A stretch of DNA of 64,000 bases from the human T2T-CHM13v2.0 reference genome, Homo sapiens: assembly GCF_009914755.1 (NCBI RefSeq), contig NC_060945.1. One strand, given 5' to 3'. The notes under the pieces were generated by a model that saw nothing but the letters and a program-made list of their open reading frames with translations, searched no databases and was not told the origin of the DNA. The translations under genes were made by a program, and so were the position numbers. Shown here piece after piece: positions 56,523 to 64,000 of this stretch. Positions within the stretch are counted from its first letter, which is position 1, and every line of letters begins with the position of its first letter.

Positions 56523-58157
56523 TTTTTTTTTTTTCTTTTCAACTTTTATTTTAGATTCAGAGGTTTAATAACTAGGAATATTGCATGATGCTAAGGTTTG
56601 GAGTAGGAATGATCCCATCATCCAGGTACTGAGCTTAGTACCCAACAGTTTTTAAATCCTTGCCCTCTTCCCTCCTTCCACCCTCTAGTAGTCTCCAATG
56701 TCTATTATTCCCATCTTTATATCTATGTGTAGTCAATGTTTACCTACCATTTATAAGTGAGAACACGTGGTGTTTAGTTTTCTGTTCCTGAGTTAATTTG
56801 TTTATGATAATGGCCTCCAGCTGCATCCATTTTGCTACAAAAACATGATTTCATTCTTTTTTATGGCCATGTAATAGTCCATGGTGTATATGTACCACAT
56901 TTCCTTTTTCTGATCCACCACTGATGGGCCCCTAGGTTGATTTCATGTCTTTTGTACTGCGAATAGTGCTGTGATGAATGTGAGTGCTTGTGTCTTTTAG
57001 GTAGAACAATTTGTTTTCTTTTGGACATATATCCAGTAATGAGATTGCTGAGTCAAATGGTAGTTCTACTTTAAGCTCTTTGAGAAATCTCTAAACTGCT
57101 TTTCACAGTGGCTGAGCTAATTTACATTCTCACCAACAGCATATGCCTCTCCTGTTCTCTGCAGACTTGCCAGCATCTGTCGGTTTTTTATGTTAATAAC
57201 AGCCATTCTGACTGGAGCGAAATGGTATCACATTGTGGTTTTGATTGGATTTTCCATGATGATTAGTGATGTGGAGCATTTTTTAAAGTTTATTGGCCAT
57301 TTGTATATCTTCTTTTGAGAAGTGTCTTTTCATGTTCTTTGCCCGTTTTTAATGGAGTAGTTTGATTTTTGCTTCTTCAATTGTTTAAGTTCTTTATAAA
57401 TTTTGGATATTAGACTGTTGTTGGATGCAGAGTTTTTGAATATTTTCTCCCATTCTGTAGGTTGCCTGTTTATTCTGTTGATAGTTTTTTTTTGCTGTGC
57501 AGAAGCTTTTTTGTTTGATTACATCTCACTTGTTGATTTTTGTTTTTATTGCAATTGCTTTTGGGGACTTAGTAATAAATCCTTTCCCAAGGCCAATGTC
57601 CAGAATGGAGTTTCCTAGGTTTCCTTCTGGGAGTCTTACAGTTTGAGGTCTTACATCTTAAGATAAAACCATCTTAAGATGTAAGACCTCAAAAAACAAT
57701 ATCCATCTTGAGTTGATGTTTGTATATGGTGAAATGTGGGGATCCAGTTTCATTTCTCTGCATATGGCTAGCCAGCTACCCCAGCATTATTTATTGAATA
57801 GGGAGTCCTTTCTTCATTGCTTATTTTTGTCAACTTTGTTGAAGATTAGATGGCTGTAGGTGTCTGGCTCCATTTCTGGATTCTCTTTTCTATTACATTT
57901 GTCTATGTGTCTGGTTGTATAGTATATGTAGAGTATCATGCCTTTCTGGTTACTGTCGCCTTAGAGTATAGTTTGAAGCTGGATAATGTTATGCCTCTGG
58001 CTTTCTTCTTTTTGCTTAGAGTGCTTTGTCTATTCAGCTTCTTTTTAGTTCTATGTGAATTTCAGAATAGTTTTTTCCAATTCTGTAAAAAAAAAAGATA
58101 CTGGTAATTTAATAGGAAAAGCATTGAATCTGTAGATTGCTTTGGGCGGTATAGTCA
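56523..58157 (-). mobile_element. L1PA16/L1PB-like 5'-truncated L1
   Basis: PolyT, then ttgcatgatgctaaggtttgg...gatcccatcatccaggtactgagc 3'UTR, then antisense ORF2. Confidence 0.85.
57642..57693. repeat. Perfect 23-bp inverted repeat with 6-nt spacer
   Basis: TTTGAGGTCTTACATCTTAAGAT-aaaacc-ATCTTAAGATGTAAGACCTCAAA. Confidence 0.97.
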
Positions 58158-58846
58158 TCAAATGCTTTTTACGCATCAGTTGATATGATCACATACTTTT
58201 TTTACTTTTGCTTGTTGATGTAGATTACATTGATTTACAAATACAGAATCAACATAGTATAAATCAAATAAATATCATAGGTTGTGGTACATAATTTTTT
58301 ATACATTGTTGAGTTTTATTTGTTTATATCTTGCTGATAATGTTTAAATGTGTTTATGAGAGATTTTGGTCTGTACTTTTCCTTTCTTGTAATGGCTTCA
58401 TCTGATTTTAGCACTACAATAATTCTGGTCTCCTAGAATAAGCAAAGAAGTAATCTCTGTGCTTCTATTTGCTGGAAGATAATGTGAAAAAATCTTATTA
58501 ACTTTTCCTTAAATGTTGGTGAAATTACTTTGATCTGGTGCTTTTTTGATGATTGTTAATTATTTACTCAATTTAAAAATAGATATAAAACATTTTAGGT
58601 CATTTTTCTGTATAGGCACAAGTTTTAGTAATTTGGGTTTATCAAGGAATTGGTCCAGTTTATATAATGTGCCACACTAGTGGGCGTATAGTTGTTTGTA
58701 GTATTTCTTCATTATCTTTTTAATAACTACAGAATCACTAGCTATGACATCATTTTCATTTGTGCTGTTGACAATTTCTGTCCTCGCTCTTTTTTCTTGG
58801 TTGGCTTAGAGTTTTTTCAACGTTGTTGATAATTCCAAAGAACTAA

Positions 58847-59215
<369 letters not shown>

Positions 59216-59802
59216 TTTCTGTTCTAATTTTTATTATTTCATTTCTTCTGCTAGCTTTCGGCTTAAGTCGCTCTTTTCTAATTTGCCAAAATTAGAAGCT
59301 TAATTACTGACCTAGATATTTCTTCTTTTCTAGTATGTGTATTTAATGTTACAAATTACCTTCTGAGCACTTCTTTCACTGTATCACATAAATTGCAATC
59401 GTCTTTTCATTTCATTAGTTGAAAAATACGTATTTTAAAATTTCACTTGAGACTTCCTTCACCCATGTTATCTAAAAGTGTATTGTTTAATCTCCAGATT
59501 TTATATGATTTTTAATCTATCTTTTGGTTTCTAATTGATTTCATTGTGGTATGAGAAAACACTTCGCAGGATTTCTGTTATTTTAAATTTGTTAAGTTTT
59601 ATTTTGTGGCCCACAATGTGGTCTATCTTGGTGAATGTTCTCTGTGAGCTATGGGAGAACACATATTATCTTGTTTGTTGATGGAGTACTTTCTAAATGT
59701 CAATTAGACTAACTTGGTTAACACTACTGTTAAAGTCAACTATACACTTACTGGTTTTTTGCCTGTCTGATCTATCAATAATACAAAGGTATTGAGGTCT
59801 CT

Positions 59803-60157
59803 TCTATGGACTGAATGTTTGTGGCCTCCCACCCCACAATTCTTATGTTAAAAAACTAATCCCCAGTGTGAATTTGGAGGTGGTTAGGCCATGAGGGTTT
59901 CTTCCTAATAAATGGGACTACTGCTCTTATAAAAGACTCCAGAGACCTCCCTTACCCTTTCACCATGTAATACACTGAATATGTGGCTATTTATGAGCCA
60001 GGAAGAAGTGTGGGTGGGGGGCTTTCACACGACAACGTATCTGCTGAAATCTGGATTTTGGACTTCTCAGCCTCTGGAAATGTGAGAAATAAATTTGTAT
60101 TACTTATAAGCCACCCAGTTTATGGTGTTACTGTTTTAGCAGCCTGAACAGACTAAG
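59803..60157 (+). mobile_element. MLT1A0-like MaLR LTR
   Basis: ctatggactgaatgtttgtg start; ataagccacccagtttatgg...gcagcctgaacagactaag end. Confidence 0.88.
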
Positions 60158-61488
60158 TTTCTAACTATAACAATAGTTATATTGTTAGTTGGGCAAATAG
60201 TTGGATTCATCTATTGTTTCTTGTAGTTCTTTCAGTTCTTGCATTCTGTTGTTAAATGCAGACATGCTAAGTATTATTTATCTTTAAGAGAGTTTATTTC
60301 TTTATCACTGTTTAACACTCCTTTTTATCTTTAATACTCTCTTGTTCTGAAGTCAGCTGTGTCTTAAATCAATGTAGTTGTTTCAGCTTTCTTTTAGTTA
60401 TTGTTAGCATGGTGTATCTTTCTCCATTCATTTAATTTTAATTTCTATGGGTCATTATATTTACAGTGGATTTCCTGTAGGCAATATATAGTTGGGCCAT
60501 TTTATTTTTTGTCCACTCTGACAATCTTTTTATTTTAATTTGTGTGTTTAGACCATTAACATTTAAAGTGATTATTAATATAGTTGCATTAACATCTACC
60601 ATGTTTGTAACTGATATTCATTGCATTTGTTCTGTTTCTTTCCTGCCACACTATTTTTCTGCCTTATATGACTTTAATTGAGCATTATATATGATTTCAT
60701 TTTATTTCTTCTCTTAGCATGTCAATTGTACTTTAAAATACTCTGCTAATTAAAGTATTAAAATGCTTTACTCTATTGTTGCCATAGAGTTCTTTATATA
60801 TAATACATTTTTACCCACTGAAAATCCACCTGCAAATAAGACAGTAATATTTCACATGTAGTGCGGATAACTTCTAACAAAGTATTTCTAATTCCCCCTC
60901 CCACCTTTTATAAAATTACTATGATTCTTTTCACTTATGTATATGCCAGAATTTTGGAATGCATGATTCCTATTATTGTTTTAAAGTTGTTATTAAAAAT
61001 GATAAAAAAATGAAAAGAAGTATTTTAACTTTTTTTGTTCATTTACTGCCATTCTTCTTTTCTTTATGTAGATATAACTGTCTGACCTGTGTGCATTTTA
61101 ATCTCCCTAAATAATTTTATTTTGACATTTCTGCGAATTGGGCAGATCTGATAATTATGAACTCGCTTAGTATTGTCTTCTGAGGAAGGCTTTATTCTCT
61201 ATTTCTGAAGCATAATGTTACTGGATAAAGAATTCTGACTTGGTAACAACTTTCTTTAAATACGCTAAGTAATTCACTGCACCTTCTTTTTGGATCACTT
61301 CTAATATCTAATATACTTTTTATTCCTATTATTCTATAGTATTATTGTTTTCCTCTGGCTTCTTTCAAGATTTTATCTTTGTTTGATTTTCTGCAGTTTG
61401 AATACATTATGCCTATATATACATTTTTTAGGTATATCCTGCTTGAAATTTTCTGACCTTTCTGGATCTGTGGTTTAGTGTTTGTCAT

Positions 61489-61811
61489 TGATATGGTTTG
61501 GCTGTGTCCCCACCCAAATCTCATCTTGGCGTGTAGTTCCCATAATCCCCATGTGTTGTGGGAGGGACTTGGTGGGAGGTAATTGAATTATGGTGGTGGT
61601 TTCCCCCTCACTATTCTCATGATAGTAAGTTCTCACAATATTTGATGGTTTCAGAGGGGGCTTCCCCATTTGCTTTGTTCTCATTCTTCTCTCTCCTGCC
61701 ACCATGTGAAGAATGAAGTGTTGCTTCTGTGAGTCAATTAAACCTCTTTCCTCTATAAATTACTCAGTCTTGAGTATAGCTTCATTGGCAGAGTGAGAAC
61801 GAACTAATACA
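61489..61811 (+). mobile_element. THE1 (B/C-like) solo LTR
   Basis: TGATATGGTTTGGCTGTGTCCCCACCCAAATCTCATCTTG...ACTAATACA; 5-bp TSD GTCAT on both sides. Confidence 0.95.
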
Positions 61812-63854
61812 GTCATCCATTTTTTAAAGTCTTGGCCAATTTCATTTTAAATTTGTCTTATTTAATTCTTTCTTCCCTTTATGTTTTTCCAATTATGTAT
61901 ATTATATCTTTTTAACTTGTCCTACAGTTCTTAGATATTCTGTCTTTTTATTTTATTGTCAGTTTCTTTTTTCTCTTTGCATTTCATTTAGGAGGTTTCT
62001 ATAGCCACATGATCCAGCTCACTGATTCTTTTCTCAGCTGTGTCGAGTCTGCTGATGAGCTAATCAAAGCCATTCTTCATTTAGATTGGTGATTTTTATT
62101 TCTATCATTTTCTTTTACTTTATTATAATATTTTTATAGCTTTTTTACATTACCTACCTGTTCTTTTACATTGTTAGTTTTTTTTCCATTAGAGCTTATA
62201 ATGGGTTAATTACAGTTATTTTAAATTCCTTATCTGATAATTTCAATATCAGTGTCATATCTGTGTCTGTTTCTGATGTTTGCCTTGTGTCTTCAGACTG
62301 TGGGGTTTTTTTCTTGCCTTTTATCATGCTTTTATTTTTTGTTTAAATCTGGACCTCATGTATTGGGTAATAGGAACTGAGATAAATAGTCCTTTAGTGA
62401 AATGGTTTATGGTGATCTGGCTAAAAATTGAGCTTTGTTTATTGTGTGCCATAGGCGTAGGTACCAGAAGCTTCAAATTTCTTTAGTCTGTTTGATTTTG
62501 TCTTCCCTGTTGTCTCTGAGATTTGCTAAGAACTCATCCTTAGATAAAGTTTTGTCATGCAGCAATTTTGTCTGTAATCCACTATTGGTAACCTGGATCC
62601 TTGCTGGTATTGGGGTAAGGTGTGAGGGAGGGTAAGTTTTCCATAATATCATGATTAAATCTCAGTATTTTAACTAGTATCTCACCTTCACAACTACTTC
62701 TTGGCATTTACTTCACCATTAGGTGAAACAGGAAGGCTAGAATGGGCTGGAGAAGGGCAAATACACTTTCCCATGGAGAGAAGGCCTTTGCTGTCAAAAA
62801 CATTCTAGATGTATTTAACAATGGCTCCTTTTCTTTATCCCTTCCAGAGCCACATATGAAGATTTTTTGACTCTTCACCATAAGATGTAGGTGCAGTTCC
62901 TGGAGATTGAACCCATGAAAGTGTAGGGAACCCCTTAGACTGTGACCTTCAGGAGTTTCTCACTCTCAAAGTAGTCTACAGTCAACCTCCCGGAATTTGT
63001 CATTATTACCACTCACGTGTTCATACCAGTTTATGGCTACAGAAACGTCTTCCCCAGATAAAGCGATCTTACTTGAGACTCTCGGATTTCATATTTCTTA
63101 GAATTTCAGGGTAGTGGTTTTCTCTGTAATCCTGTTCCTCTGATGAGTCCAAGAAAAGTTATTCGTTTTCAGTTTGTTTAGTTTTTTGTGTTTTAAGAAC
63201 GCATACAATTTACGATCTCTTTATGTATTGGAGTTAACAGTGAAACCACTTTCTTTTTAATATTATTAATTTTGATAGCAAAATATGATAGAGAAGATAA
63301 AACAGCATTGCATCATTAAATATATTTTCATTATAGTAGTTTTCATACAAGTTTATATTAATAATATTAAATTGACACTAATGTTTAAACTTCATGACTA
63401 TCAAGTGAATACACACAAGACTTTTTAAATGAACCCTAAGATATAGTCACATTGATTGTATCAACATGAACTATCCTAGAATTGCTCAAAGATTCAAAAG
63501 AAATGCTATATAAACCTTATTACAAATAGAATTCTTCCATGTGAATAATAGAATAATGTGAAATATTATTATAAATATAGATTTCATGAACCTAATTTTT
63601 TTCTTTTTTTAAAATATATTTAGCTATAAAAAATGGCATGCCTAACTTTATTTGATAGTGATGGGGTCATTTGAGTTGCCCTTTGCAGTATTACTTTTTT
63701 TAGAAAGACATTAGAAAATTATAAATCTATATGTGTGTATATATGTATGTAGATTTGTAGAATGTGTAATAAATAATTATGTTACATTGAAGGCAGGCTG
63801 AGTATATTTTTCCAGTTAAAAAATTAGTAAACTATGTATTTTATATATCCAGAT

Positions 63855-64000
63855 CAGCAGTCAGCAAAACCCTGGCCTATAGTCCAATCCAACTCACAGC
63901 TTTTTTTTAAGATAATGTTTTACTGAAACATAGCCACCTCGTTTATTTACATGTTGTTTATGGCTTCTTGCAAAGCTGAAAAAGCAGAGTTTAGTTGCAA
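63855..64000 (+). mobile_element. MER58A-like hAT-Charlie MITE (runs off the window end)
   Basis: gtcagcaaaac...gttttactgaaacatagccac..cgtttatttacatgttgtttatggct...gcagagtt. Confidence 0.8.

Overview
Primate (human or great-ape) nuclear DNA. It is AT-rich and dominated by repeats: Alu J/S/Y, L1PA2 to L1M, L2, MIR, MaLR and ERV1 LTRs, and hAT and mariner fossils. It reads as deep intronic or intergenic sequence. I recognise no cellular protein-coding gene, RNA gene or CRISPR array, and I see no evidence for a new multi-gene system. Nearly all supplied ORFs are Alu, L1 or low-complexity read-throughs. The most informative signals are readable retrotransposition and repair events: (i) a 0.6-kb L1 insertion combining 5' inversion, internal deletion and a 3' transduction inside one TSD (23340-23975); (ii) an old L1 carrying a ~300-bp 3' transduction, shown by a 15-bp TSD 9.2 kb apart, and now hosting a nested full-length L1, an Alu and an L1 fragment (42117-51361); (iii) a TSD-less L1PA2 that appears to have replaced the middle of a hAT (Blackjack-like) transposase fossil; (iv) a de novo perfect 23-bp inverted repeat at 57642-57693. 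Unique sequence holds a CpG-retaining, exon-like hairpin segment (~29720-29860), a cluster of splice sites on both strands (~32.6-33.2 kb) and a strong CTCF-like motif (7597-7613). Subfamily names are from recalled consensus features, not a RepeatMasker run, and boundaries of old repeats are approximate.
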